Position numbers and translations under genes: made by a program. Shown piece after piece: positions 51,901 to 64,000 of a stretch of DNA of 64,000 nucleotides. Each line of letters opens with the position of its first letter. Position 1 is the stretch's first letter. The notes below the pieces were generated by a model. That model was not told the DNA's origin. It worked only from the letters and a program-made list of their open reading frames with translations, and did not search any database. The stretch comes from Amoebidium appalachense (lineage: Eukaryota; Protista; Ichthyosporea): NCBI GenBank assembly GCA_963693365.1, contig CAVNZM010000016.1:832595-896594 (forward strand). Reading direction: 5' to 3'.

Positions 51901-53677
51901 ATACATACACAACCCCATGCAGATATACCTAAACCATGCTTGTGTACACACGAAGATATGCTATGATACACTGCTTGCGCGCCCGCGCCATAGTGTGTCA
52001 TATTAAACTTTTATAGCCACGTGCCATCTATATATACACAAATCACACAATAAACTCACCTCTATGTACAGACTCTCCAGGCCGTCAAAAGGATACGGGT
52101 GCAGAAGCTGGCAAAGCTGGCAGTGCAGACGGGCACAAGTGTAACACAGCTGTTCGACAACATGAACACAGCACTCAACAGCAAACGCAAAACGATCACC
52201 ATCGAGACCATTCTCCCACTCTACAACAACACCATCTGGGACCACGTCTATAAAATCAGCGAAGACGTCAGAAAGCCAGAGGTGCTAACCTACCGGGCAG
52301 GGTTCTGTGTGCACGCGCTTCACGTGCGCGGTGTTGGCTGCAACACAAGTCGTGCACATCTCGAAATCACCACACCCAACAAAAACACCAACACACCCAC
52401 TGAAACAAGCACCACAGCTACCGAAACAGCCACCACTACGGCCGAGAGAGCCACAGACGATCACTACCGACTCATCCGCGCCGCCAATCGGGGGGGCCTG
52501 ACTTTCCCTTCACCACCAACAGTGAGCATTGTCACATTGGTCTACTGTGTGGTGGAGGCACTGCTAAAGCCACTGGTCAACACGTACCTTCCGGGGGGCA
52601 GCCATAGAACGGTGGCTGTGCTACTCAGCGAACATGCAGTCAAAAGGTACAATACCGATAAGGCACTTATGGACGAGTGTGGGGTGTGCGGCACGCAAAA
52701 GAGAGCACTAGTGGAACGACTAATAACCGTTGCAACCAACTGCCACCTGAGCGCGTATGTGCGTCAACGCAAGGAACAAGCGAAGAAAGCACCCAACAAA
52801 GCAAACCGGAAAGCCAAAACAGTGCAGGCGGCCGCTTTGGCGGCGAGCGAGGCCGCCGCGGGGGCAGGCGTCCCCGCCACAGTTGCAGGGAGCATGCCGT
52901 CGACAAAACCAGCAAAGAAGAAAAAGGAGAGCAAAACAGAGGAAAAGGGAGGCGAAGGGAGGAAGAAGGGAAAGAAAGGTGAAAACAAAACAACCACGGC
53001 GGAACCACCTACCGTCGAGTGGGAGATGGAGGGAAACGATGACGAGCTGGTGGCTGCACTGGAGGCAGCAGAGGCGGAGTACGATTGGATGGTAGAGGCG
53101 TATTTGGAGGAAGCAGAGCTCTAGCGGCTTTGTCAGTGTTTTCTAACCCTCTTTCTTTTCTTTTTTTGCCAGTAGGTAGAGGTGTGAGGGTTTGCCCGGG
53201 GGGGGGGGGGGGGGGGGAGGGGGGGGGGGGGGGGGCTACACAGTGTTTATTGGTTGGTGGTTAGTGTTGCAGGACATAGACGTTCTAATACTTAACATAC
53301 AGGTAGTATTATGTTACCTAGTGGATAGAAACACCTTTGAGAGAATATACGCAAAGAAGAGTTCTAGTTTTGTAGCAGATCTTTGCTCACTATGTGTAAA
53401 CGTGAACTACTCAATAGATATAACCATACTGAGACTCAGCTACACTATTATGTACACTATGCCAAAACTTTGTGCTATAGGGCTTGCGCATATTACTCTA
53501 AGACAAAAAAACGCCTTAGAACATAGGAAGCACTTCATAAACTTTTGTCGTTTTTTTTTTCCCTTCCGTTTTCCTTCAACTGATAGTAGTTTGCTAGCGA
53601 ATCCAGTGGATCGAAATACCAATCTGCTCTTTTGACCCCGTTCTGTATCCAGGCCGTCTTTTTTTCAGAGGGCCGTG
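49907..53677 (+). mobile_element. P-superfamily (THAP) DNA transposon, 3771 bp, internally deleted
   Basis: Perfect 34-bp TIRs CACGGCCCTCTGAAAAAAAGACGGCCTGGATACA (49907-49940 and 53644-53677). 7-bp TSD GATGCAC (49900-49906 and 53678-53684). Subterminal inverted 22-mers at 49974-49995 and 53599-53620 match at 19/22. Confidence 0.93.
50091..53124 (+). pseudogene. Truncated P-element/THAP9-like transposase; exons ~50091-50721 (THAP), 51115-51267 (catalytic-Glu region), 52072-53124 (C-terminal domain)
   Basis: THAP C2CH signature CSVPGC...FP...W...VCCRHF...AVPSIF. FVLTRKFQTDSLEGAFGTIRQYSGGNYN resembles the P-transposase T..LNQD.LE..FG.IRQ..G.N motif. C-terminal LTYRAGF...LIRAANRGGLTFPS. The central RNase H Asp motifs and the GTP-binding insertion are absent, and exon 1 and exon 2 phases do not match. 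Confidence 0.82.
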
Positions 53678-53702
53678 GATGCACGCGCGGTCACACTCAC
53701 AG

Positions 53703-53774
<72 letters not shown>

Positions 53775-56700
53775 TGGGAGTGGGTTATATGCGAAAAACA
53801 CCCAAAAATTGCATCTAATCTAAATTAACACTCGCACTGGGCCTTTTCAGGGGCCTAAAATAACCCTCACGGAGCTATTATTGACACATACGCACAAGCT
53901 GTTTAAGCTGAGCAAATTGCCAACCCTGTACAACATCAAAACCGCAATATCACACCCTACTTCAGCGAAGCGCGCGATTTTCTGATTGGCTACCGTGCCC
54001 GTGCATGCGTCAACACAAAAGGACCAATAGAAAGGCTCCGAAATCGAGCGACTGCGCGACATAACAGGAGAACGTGAGCCTCGAACATTTCTGTTTAGTG
54101 TTTATCATTCGTGTCCTGTGTGCACGTGTGTGCGTGCCAATGTCCTATATTTTTATATTTTTAATTTTTTTTTGCGTATATGTGTGCGTGCGTGCGCGCC
54201 TATTTGTCGATTTTTTTGGAGGGGGGGGGAGGGGGGGGGGGGGGGCCAATCGATCTATCTACATGATGATACCGCGGGATCATCGACCAATCAGAGGAGT
54301 CCTCCGCACCGAGTCTCGGTGCACGCTCCGGCGGCCCCGGCCGATCATACGGAAAGGAGATCTCTTACGGTACTTAGAAAAAGTTCTCTGTAAGGGTTTC
54401 AGCTTCAACTTCTTCTTTATAGAAATCAGCTGCTCATATATCAACATTTTTTTTAGGTGATAATCATGCCGGTAATACGATTCGAATAGATATATATAAT
54501 GTTGATGAGTCATGATGACACCGTGTCACGCCCGACTCGAACCCATCGGATCCGAATTCCGGTGATCGGAATCGCGGAATATTGGCATAGCATTCCTAGA
54601 ATCTTTTCGAGTAAATGCGACATTCCATTATTCTCTTGCAGCTCCCGGAGCTGAAAATCATTTTTACACACTGCATTATTTTTATATGAAGCACTAATAG
54701 ATGAAAATAATGGTATCTAATTCAGTTAATTTTTTTATGAAAGAGTTTCATGATTATGCCCAATTTACATCAGTGCAATGTGTATTCCGAAGATCGCGAG
54801 ACCATGCCGACTCGGCGACCGAGTGTAGTCTCCACAAACGTGACGTCATGTTATAACGCTATTCATGATGCATCGTTTATTTCTTTTTCAGTTCACGTCC
54901 TTTTCCTTCTATTACTTATTGTACAACACTCACACGTTTTACGTATAACTCAGCCAAATAACATTACTTTTCACCCATTTTTTGGCGCTTGCTTTCCTCT
55001 AAAACTGAGATGGTAACGATCCACAATGTTCACAATTGATATCAATGACCCTCTTCCAATAACGTGTATATATATATATATATTCATTGAATATACATCA
55101 AGATAGACTAAACATACGGGACGGTCCCCAACAGCGGAATCCCCTAGCTTCTTTTTAGGTGGGGCGTGCCTTCTTCTACCTTAATTTCACACCTTTAAAG
55201 ATTTAACGCCAGATTGAGAAGGAAAACTCTGTTACATGTGTGTTCTATAATTATTACGGTTTTTCATATGTAAAAAACAAAACTAAAAGCCAAATTAGAT
55301 ATTTATTTTAGGATTAAACGGCTGTTTACTGCTGGAAAGTCCAGGAAGCGGACCGTGAAGCTGGGATGCCACTACCCTGAATAAGTGAATTTTATTTTTG
55401 ATCATGCATATGAGGGTAAAACACTAGCTGGCAATGTGAACACTTTAGACTTTTTGTTGAATTCTGGTGGTCGTCACATTGAGTATTTATATGATTTTCA
55501 CACAGTGTTCAGGTATCTCAGTATGCACTTGTTACTGGATAACTCGTGAAGTTTTTATTGTCTTCTCAGTATGCCGTGCATACTTGCATATCTTTCCGTC
55601 GAATAAATCCAGTCAAAAGAAAAATAAAATTAAACCGGAAGAACAGCACGCCCCACTGTTGTAGGGTGTAGGGGGAGCAAAAGCGTGACACAGAAGATAT
55701 CTCACCCTAACAAATAAATGATAAGCCAAAGTCCTACTCACCAGTCCTACTCACGAAACATGGTTTACAAAACTAATAATAATGGGGGTTTCTTTTAGGC
55801 CGATTAATTGTCCCCATTCCAGCACATCCGGGTCAAGCCATTTGCTCAGCACATAAATCATGAAATGACTTGCAACCTTTTTTCTAACGCTTTATTATTA
55901 TTTTTACTTTATGTATTTTTATTTTTTTCCCCTTCCTTTTCTTTTTTGTTGTATTTTGGCGCATCTGTACCTTGCTGCTGCCGGCCAAACGATGGTGCGC
56001 AGCTGATGCGCTGCACGCCAATCATATAGCTAGAATCCCCTCTGACCCGACCCGGCTCGAAATGCTAAAAGAAACCCCCTTTAATACAAATTCGTGTTAG
56101 AGTCTTTCTAGATGGCCGTGAGTCTTACAGATTCCGACCGTTAATACGCTATGGGGGGGGTTTACGCTGTTTACTCGAGGCAAAGAGAACCAATTTAAAC
56201 ATTTATTCCTTGCACACGGCTTAACTGAAGTGGGGTGGTCTTTTTTTTGGTTGTGGCATTCATTTCTGCGCAAGTGAATGGAAGGGTTTATGTCACTTGG
56301 CCCAACTTGCCTTCGTATATGTTCTTCAAGATTTTTCAATTCTTTGTGATAATTCTTACATCTGAAACACACTCTTTTTTTGGCGTTCATAAGTTTTATG
56401 TTATGTATTACCACACCATATAGACATAGGGAACCTGAATATTCAGAACTGTTTCTGCATGCATTTATTGGCAGTGATGTGAATTAATTAGCATCACCTT
56501 TTGCCAGAAAACCAACGATTACGTGGCTGTGTCAAGCATCCACTTACATTCCGCCTACGTTAGATGATAATCGTTACACTACATACAACATAATCTAAAT
56601 TCTCACATTATTGTCTCCTAACCGAACTACAGCTGCGAATGATCGGTAATTCTAGCGAAGATTCGACTGCTGATCCCTCCATAACCCGTCTCCATGATTC

Positions 56701-56793
56701 CCGTGTCATTGACGCCAACAACTGGGACCTAAGCCAAAAAAATATAGTCAGCACCTGCCTACAGAGATTAGTTTTTATTTATCAATCCTAAAC

Positions 56794-57642
56794 ATGGACT
56801 CTCCAGACTCCGATTCGCAGCTTGATGGCGCAACCATATGCACCAACAACCCCACCTCTAGCCTCTCCCTACCTGACACGCCAACACCTCAGGTGCTTGC
56901 GTGGGATTCAACTCAAGTGTCGATGAAACAAAGCGGTGATGTTCATGATGCGAGCAAGAATGCACCCATTCAGTTCTACGACGCACTTGGCCTAAGAATA
57001 GACTCTGTTTCCGATACCGTCGCCGTGGATGATGGACATTCCGAGGACCCATCAAAAGAGCTCGCGACAGACATCGCGGCAACTGGCTTCCATCACACGG
57101 AAGGAAAAGAAAAAACTAGAATATCGCCGTGTTTGGGATTGACCGTTCTCGTGGCTTCCATCCCGGCAATGGTCGATGGGTTCAACCTGGTGGTGGTGAA
57201 CAATTCCGTTGTGGGGGTTTTAGAGTATTTCAAAGTTTTGGGGAAGCCGGTTGGGCATGATGAGTGGTCGACTTTCGTCGCAATTTTCCTGGCGGGGTCT
57301 ATATGCGGGGCGCTGATTTCCGGGCCAATGATCAACCGGGTCGGGCCAAAACGGGTTCTGCAGTTAAACGACATAGTGAATGCCGTGGGGGCTGTGCTCT
57401 ACCTAACGGGGTCGACCTATGGGGTGCTCTGTGTGGGTAAGTGGTGCAAACAGTAGTGTACGTGTGTGTGCATGTGTGTGTGTGCACGTGTGTGTGTGTG
57501 TGTGTACGTGTGTGTGTGTCTTTGGTGTGCGCATATGTGCACGTGTGGGGTTGGTTTTGGGTTATGAACGTGTTTTGCAGCTGTGAGAAAGATATGCAAT
57601 TGCTCTCACCACTGAGTTTTACGGCGCCTTACTGCCCCACAT

Positions 57643-57688
<46 letters not shown>

Positions 57689-58266
57689 AGCACATACACA
57701 TTTTCCGCTGCACTGCATTAGTTTGCACACACACATTCACCGTTTTGCTCACCTTGCTTGCATAAGCAACCCTGCTCGTCTTTGATCAAGACGGGTTGAC
57801 CCTCCCAAGTTCAGTTGATGCTGCTGTCTGAGTTGGAGAGTCGTATATACGCGGACTAAGGGGTCGAAACTCAGACGCAATTGATGACTTGGGCCCTCCC
57901 TGAGGATGGGCTCTGCTTATGACGCATACTGTGCGCATGGCTGATGTTGCATACTTTAATATTTGCCTTTGCATGTGTCCTTGGTGTATGCGTACTTCGT
58001 ACCGTGTTCCGCATTTAACCCCCCCCCCCCCCCCCCCCCCCCTCTCACCACCACCTCCAGCACAACCACACACACTCTATCTCTTAAGCACAAACCAACA
58101 CTCTGCTCCCTTTTCAAAGAACCTCCTTTCAAACAAATAATGAAAGGAAGAAAGGGCAGCAAACAAAAAAAAGGGGGGGGGGAGGGGGGGGAGGGGGGAG
58201 GGGCAAAAAAGGAAAAAAGAACAAGGAAAAAAGGATGATAGCAAGAAGTCACACAGTATGCATACG

Positions 58267-58320
<54 letters not shown>

Positions 58321-58492
58321 ACACATGCCATCCCCTCCCTCCTCCCCTCCCCTCACCTCGGAGCCTTAGATAGGTTTTATTTTTAGCCCCTTACACGGGG
58401 AAGGATAAAAGGTGGGGTTAGTTAAATTGACAGTACTAAAAACCTCAAATTGGTTTGAAACTTCGCTTGTTCCTTCCTCCCCCCCCCCACTT

Positions 58493-58524
<32 letters not shown>

Positions 58525-58664
58525 TCCTCCTCCTCCTCGTCCCTGCGCGCTCCTAGAACACACGCACGCACACACATCCAGGTAGTGGCACCTCCCCACA
58601 GCCACAAAATTCAAATAATAACAATAACAATAACAATAACAATAACAATAACGCTAATGATATT

Positions 58665-58702
<38 letters not shown>

Positions 58703-59172
58703 AATAATAACTCTTTTTTTTTTTTTTTTTTTTAACCGCAGCACGCACGCTGAACGGCATCGCCATGGGTATGAACATCCCCTCCCTCCAAATACTTATC
58801 CAGGAATGTAGCCCAACGCCCATCCGCGGCCTTCTAAGCATGATCGTTTTAACGCTAACTAACGCCGCGATGCTATTGGGCTATTCGCTCGGTATGACGT
58901 CAGTAATGGGTTCCGCCGAGTGCTGGAAATATCTCTACACCCTTCCGTTGGTTTTTGTCGTTGCTCATTTCTTTGCTTCGTGGTTTGTCCCCGAGAGCCC
59001 ACGGTGGTTGATGGGCAAAGGGAGGGTGAAAGAAGCTGAGAACGCGCTTCGTAGACTACGCCACGGCACCGAGGATTGCACCAAAGAGTTGGCTGTTATG
59101 AAGGTCGGTGTTGCTGCCCCCTCCCCCCCCCCCCCCCCCTCCCCCCCCCCCCCCCCCACCCCATCCCCCGGG

Positions 59173-59255
<83 letters not shown>

Positions 59256-59339
59256 ACCACCACCCCCTCCTCCCCCTCCCCCTCCTCCTCCCGCTCCCCC
59301 GATGATTGGCTCTGTTTTTTTTTTGTTTTTTTGTTGTTT

Positions 59340-59389
<50 letters not shown>

Positions 59390-60590
59390 GTAAGGTATGA
59401 TTTCGGGAATTTCATGTATTATGGCGTTTTGAGTTTTGTCTTTTTGTGCCTCCTCATCCATGATTTTTACCGTATAATGCATATCTCACCTCCCCCCACC
59501 CTCCCCCCCCCCCCCCCCCCCCCCCGTGCCCGCGCCAAACACACACACATACACCCCACCCGCCGCCGCCACCACCACCACCACCGTATCTTGTTTAGAA
59601 ACACTGCAAACAAACCTGCACGGGATACATACACAAGTACATGCACACACATGCACTAACACTCGAGCCACAAGAGAGAAAATCAAATGTGTGTATGTGT
59701 TTGAAGGAGGGGGGGGGGGGCAAAGATTTTTTTTTTTTTTTTTTTTTTTTTTGGGGGGGGGGGGGGAGCAAGGAAGGAAGCAAGAAAAGACTTCATCGCT
59801 ATACCACCTGGTTCTGTTTCTTTGAAAACCACCCGGGCCACCCTCTCACCCTCGATCATATCACATACAGGACTCGATGGAGGCACAACAAATACCCATG
59901 GGCCAAGCCGCAAAGACCCTCTTCACCTCACGAGCGTTCGTCATTCCCCTCATCCTCGGAAACGTAATCCCCCTCCTCGTTCAATTCACAGCCGGGTCGT
60001 TTATTGCCTTATATAGCAGGACCCTTTTCACCGGCGTAGGATTCGAAAACGGGGAGTTGGCGACGGTTTTGGTTGGGGTTGTAACGTTACTCGGTAGAAT
60101 TCTGACGGTGGCTACGATCGAGCCGATTGGTCGAAAATGGTTGCTCGTTTTTGGTTGGTCGGCTACGGCGGTGCTCGGGGTGCTTTTCGGCATCGCGTCT
60201 ATTTATAGCAAAATTCCGGCGTGGAACAAGGCAGGCTTTGCGCTTTTTCTGCTCTACGTTTTGATTGGCTCGCTGCCTGGAGGAGTGTCGATCATGCTCC
60301 CGCCCGAACTCTTCCCGAACCATCTACGGTCCGTGGCTGTCGGGGTGTGCAATTTGACGGCGCGAGTGGGCACTTTTATTGGTGCAAAATCATTCCTGTA
60401 CATGATGAACGGGCTGGGCAACTATTTGTTTTTCCTTTTTGCCGGAATTTCGCTTGTGGGGGTGGTTTTTATTGGTTTCGTCATGCCGGAAACGAAGGGG
60501 GTTCCATTGGAAGACGTGCAAGAGTTGTTTGAACGCAGCAGGTGGGGGGATAGGCGGAAGGAAAAGCCCAACCACAGCCAGCCAGCGTGA
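56794..60590 (+). CDS. MFS sugar porter (GLUT/SLC2-like) transporter, ~574 aa; exons 56794-57436, 58742-59103, 59871-60590
   Basis: GT-AG junctions are phase-compatible. Sugar-porter motifs GFNLVVVN, NRVGPKR, RTLNGIAMG, ECSPTPIRG, PESPRWL, EPIGRK, ELFPNHLR and PETKG, with many hydrophobic segments. Confidence 0.93.
58614..58702. repeat. (ACAATA)n and (ACA)n microsatellites upstream of the sugar-porter exon 2 acceptor
   Basis: Read directly from the sequence. Confidence 0.85.
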
Positions 60591-61225
60591 TTTTCCGTGT
60601 TTTTGATTCGTGAATTCCGGTGTGTTTGAAGGGTTTGGACTAGTCTTTCCGAGATCCGGGTTTAACCTATAAAGTACGATTTTTCTGCAAGTTTTTACAA
60701 CACTTTTTGTTTTTCTCCTTCGAACTGTTGACGGGAGATTCTCCCCCTGTTCCAATTCTATGTTCGAGTCAATATTACTAATGTTAATCGAAAGTTACTT
60801 ATGGTAAATTTATTAATTTTCTTGATTTTATCGTTATTATAATGTCGCCTTGTAAAGCCTTAAGAATGCATCGCGAATTTTCCCAACTATCAATGGTTAA
60901 TGTCGCCGTTTATAGGTTGAAGTCTAAGATTGTGCCATCGAAATCCACATGGTGTCATAGGTTTTATTGATATGATATATTGTTATACACTATGTTCACT
61001 ATATGAATTATTATGATGGCCGTTCATATATTACCATTTTCATATATAATTGCATATGTATCGCCGTTTTTAGCATTAGAATTTTTCTGTTGACTCCTTT
61101 CTACTAAGAGACAGCTCTTGTGATAGGCTGTAAAAAAATAAGTAGGGTTTGAAGGCAAAAACATAAAACGTAATTGAATAGACCGACTACCGTTTTAGAG
61201 TGAGCTTGTACACACGCACACACAA

Positions 61226-61324
<99 letters not shown>

Positions 61325-61777
61325 AGTACACACAAACACATGCACGCACTGACAGACGTTACTCTATACAAATCATTTTGCGAGGGTTTTATTGTGAATA
61401 AGATTTTTCATTTCAACTTTAGGTGCATCAGCACGGTGATCAAAGGCAGTACGTGCGTGCGCGCGTGCTTGTGCATGTGTGTGTGTGTGTGTGGGTTTGG
61501 GTGTGTGTGCCCAGTGCGTGTGTGTGTGTGTGTGTGTGTGTGCGTGCATGCGCGTGTGCGCACTTTTGTGCGTGCGTACGCGCGCGTTTGTGCAGGTGTG
61601 TGTGTACGTGTGTAGTGTAAACGGTTTCCGTGTGTGTGTGTGTGTCTGCGTGCGTGTGCCCGTGCGGGTGCGTGTGTGCGTTCATGCGTGGACGTGTTCG
61701 TGCGCACGTTTGACTGCACATGTGTGCTTGCGAAGTGTGTGGGTGCACGTGGTCGGGTAGGTTTTGGGTGGGTGGGG

Positions 61778-61843
<66 letters not shown>

Positions 61844-62115
61844 AGGGCCCGGATATGGGGGGGTATGCGGGTGGGTGAGGTGCACCGGGGGTGTGGTGGT
61901 GAGTTTGACTCTATGAGTAATCCACGGTGGACTACTTTCGAATATACTGTGCATGGTGTTTGCCAGAGTGAGTGTGTGTTTGGATGTTGTCACACGTGTG
62001 TGTATGTGTTACACTGAATGTGTGGAGGTCTTAATTGTTCAGCCCGGTATGTGAGAGTTGACAATACGTGCTAGCGTGTTTGTGTAGGTCGGGTTTGTAT
62101 ATTACGGTGTGTGTC

Positions 62116-62161
<46 letters not shown>

Positions 62162-63712
62162 ATTGAAGGGGGGCTGGGAAATTCTATGGGGAGGGTTCTA
62201 TGGGGAGGGGGAGTGGGGAGTTGGGAGGTGGGGGGGGTGACTAAGTAACTTATTTTGTCTATATAGCGGAGTCTGATACATCATAGCTATGGCCCCACAT
62301 ACGAATGGAAGTGTGACAGCCTCGCAAAGGATCATGTACATATCATGAGATATAACAAAGCACATGAGGCCCTGGGGAGGGGAAAATGCTTTTGGGGGGG
62401 AAGGGGGGGGGGAGGGGGGGGGGGGGGGGGGTCAACAAGGGGCGGGGGGAGGATCAATAAATAGTGCGAAATCCCCGGGGGGTCCACGGGGGGGGGGGGG
62501 GGGGGGGGAAGGGGGGCGGTTAACAGGAAGGGAGGGGGGGGGGGGGGGTTCGACAGGGGAAGGGGGAAGGATCCAACGGGCACACACTTCCTCACCTTTC
62601 ATTGGCCCCTGTACGCGAAAAAGCACAGTCAGTGTCCGGCACCCGGCACAGTGTCGGGGTGCATGTACACACAGAGACTGGTAGATCACTGTCATCCACA
62701 TGCAACCTTGTAATCACGCACGGGCACGCACGTGTGCACACACGTGATACAGGAACCATATTGAAACTATCAAACACTAGGCATATTTAGTAAGCGGGTT
62801 GGATTTAAGTGTGTAAGGTCAAAGGCTTTCTGTCCATCAATAGATCTTACCTAGTGTTCTGAGTTGACCAATCAGATTGGCCGCAATCTAATTTAGGAAA
62901 AATGGCGGCATGTGGAATGTGGCGCCTAAGCCTTAACCAAAAGGATTGCTTTTGCGGACTCAGAGTCTATCCTGGTTCTTGAGAAACTCTACCCTAACCT
63001 CCGGAGGAATAAGTCACTGTATATTTCTTACATATGGGGGGGGGGGAGGGGGGAGGGGGGGGAGGTGGAGGGGGAGGAGGAGGGGGGGGGTTAAGGGGGG
63101 GATGGCAGGTGCCAGGGGCGGCCTTGGGCGGCCTGGGGGGGGGGGGAAGGGCGGGGGGAGGAGGGAGGGGGGGGGGGGGAAATATAGGTGGCTGACAGTA
63201 ACGTAGGGGGGGGAGGGGGGGGGGGGGTTGGGGCGGGGGGAGGGGAGGAGGAGGGGGATGAGGGGGAGGAGGGAGGGAAGGGGGGGGGAAGGGAGGGGGG
63301 AGGGGGGGGGGGGAAGGAACCGGGGATTGACGTCCACAAGCTGCGGTCAGCGGCGATACTCGATGTTGAAACACGAAAACACAGAACACCGTAAGTGCAA
63401 CCGATCTGGCAAGAATTGGCGATTGTGAATTCCCTACGCCCCATGTTTGAATCCGCCGGAACAGGCTTTTGACTTCATAATCCGGGGTTTTTGACTGGGG
63501 GGGGGGGGGAGGTGGCGCAGGCATTGTGTGATGTTTGTTGTTGTTTGGTGACAGGGTTGTGTATTTTAGTGTGACGTGTGAATTTGAAGCTGTGCACTTG
63601 AGTGTATGTGTGCGGGTGTGTGTACGGTGTATGTGTGTGTGTGTGTGTACGGTGTGTGTACGGTGTGTGTGTGCCCAGTCATGTGTGTGTGTGTACGGTA
63701 TGTGTGTGTGTA

Positions 63713-63745
<33 letters not shown>

Positions 63746-64000
63746 GTGCAGGTGTGTGTGTGTGTGTGTGCATGTGTGTGCCCTTTTTTCCGTGCGTGTG
63801 TGTGTGTGTGTCACGGTGTGTGTGTGTGTGTGTGTGTGTGCAGGTGTGTGTGTGTGTGTGTGTGCGTGTGTGTGTCATGTGCATGTGTATGTGTGTGCGT
63901 GTGTGTGTGCGCGGTGTGCGTGTTTAGGTAGGTGCCTGTGCACGGTATTGTGTGTTTACGCACTGCGTGCGCATGCGTGCACACACACAAATGCGCTGCA

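Noticed and set aside
54524-55690. Possible solo LTR bounded by TGTCACGC...GCGTGACA
   Set aside because: The flanks (caccg / cagaa) do not form a TSD, and I see no primer-binding site, polypurine tract or internal domain; an 8-9-bp match can be chance.
56097-56414. 105-aa minus-strand ORF with a CFRC motif
   Set aside because: Short, non-ATG start, AT-rich, and no recognisable domain.
63320-63500. Exon-like complex island near the right edge
   Set aside because: Frame and strand cannot be resolved and no motif is recognised; it may belong to a gene outside the window.

Overview
Eukaryotic, intron-rich genomic DNA with very long G/C homopolymers and (CA)n, (GT)n and (CT)n tracts. Most short ORFs in the track are low-complexity noise. 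Host genes: an ABCC/MRP-type ABC transporter (minus strand, at least 12 exons, ATG at 12182, running off the left edge), a coiled-coil/Ser-rich hypothetical gene (21.6-23.0 kb, minus), an orphan ORF at 17.1-17.8 kb, and a 3-exon MFS sugar porter (56794-60590, plus). The 24-54 kb region is a transposon island. Its main feature is a head-to-tail dimer of an ~11-kb element (23985-34972 and 34981-45995) with imperfect in-register terminal inverted repeats (TIRs), a flanking 8-bp GGAGCCTG duplication and an 8-bp spacer between the copies. Each copy encodes a spliced ~1500-aa protein with DUF6729-like and DDE/DxxH transposase motifs and an intact WRN-like DEDDy 3'-5' exonuclease inserted within the catalytic core. 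The island also holds a CACTA/CMC-like non-autonomous element (47530-49509) and an internally deleted P-superfamily THAP element (49907-53677, 34-bp TIRs, 7-bp target-site duplication, TSD). A hAT-type MITE lies at 15976-16305. Separately, five introns of the ABCC gene contain duplicated copies of the adjacent exon end, most of them keeping the splice site. All calls were made by eye; no database searches were run.
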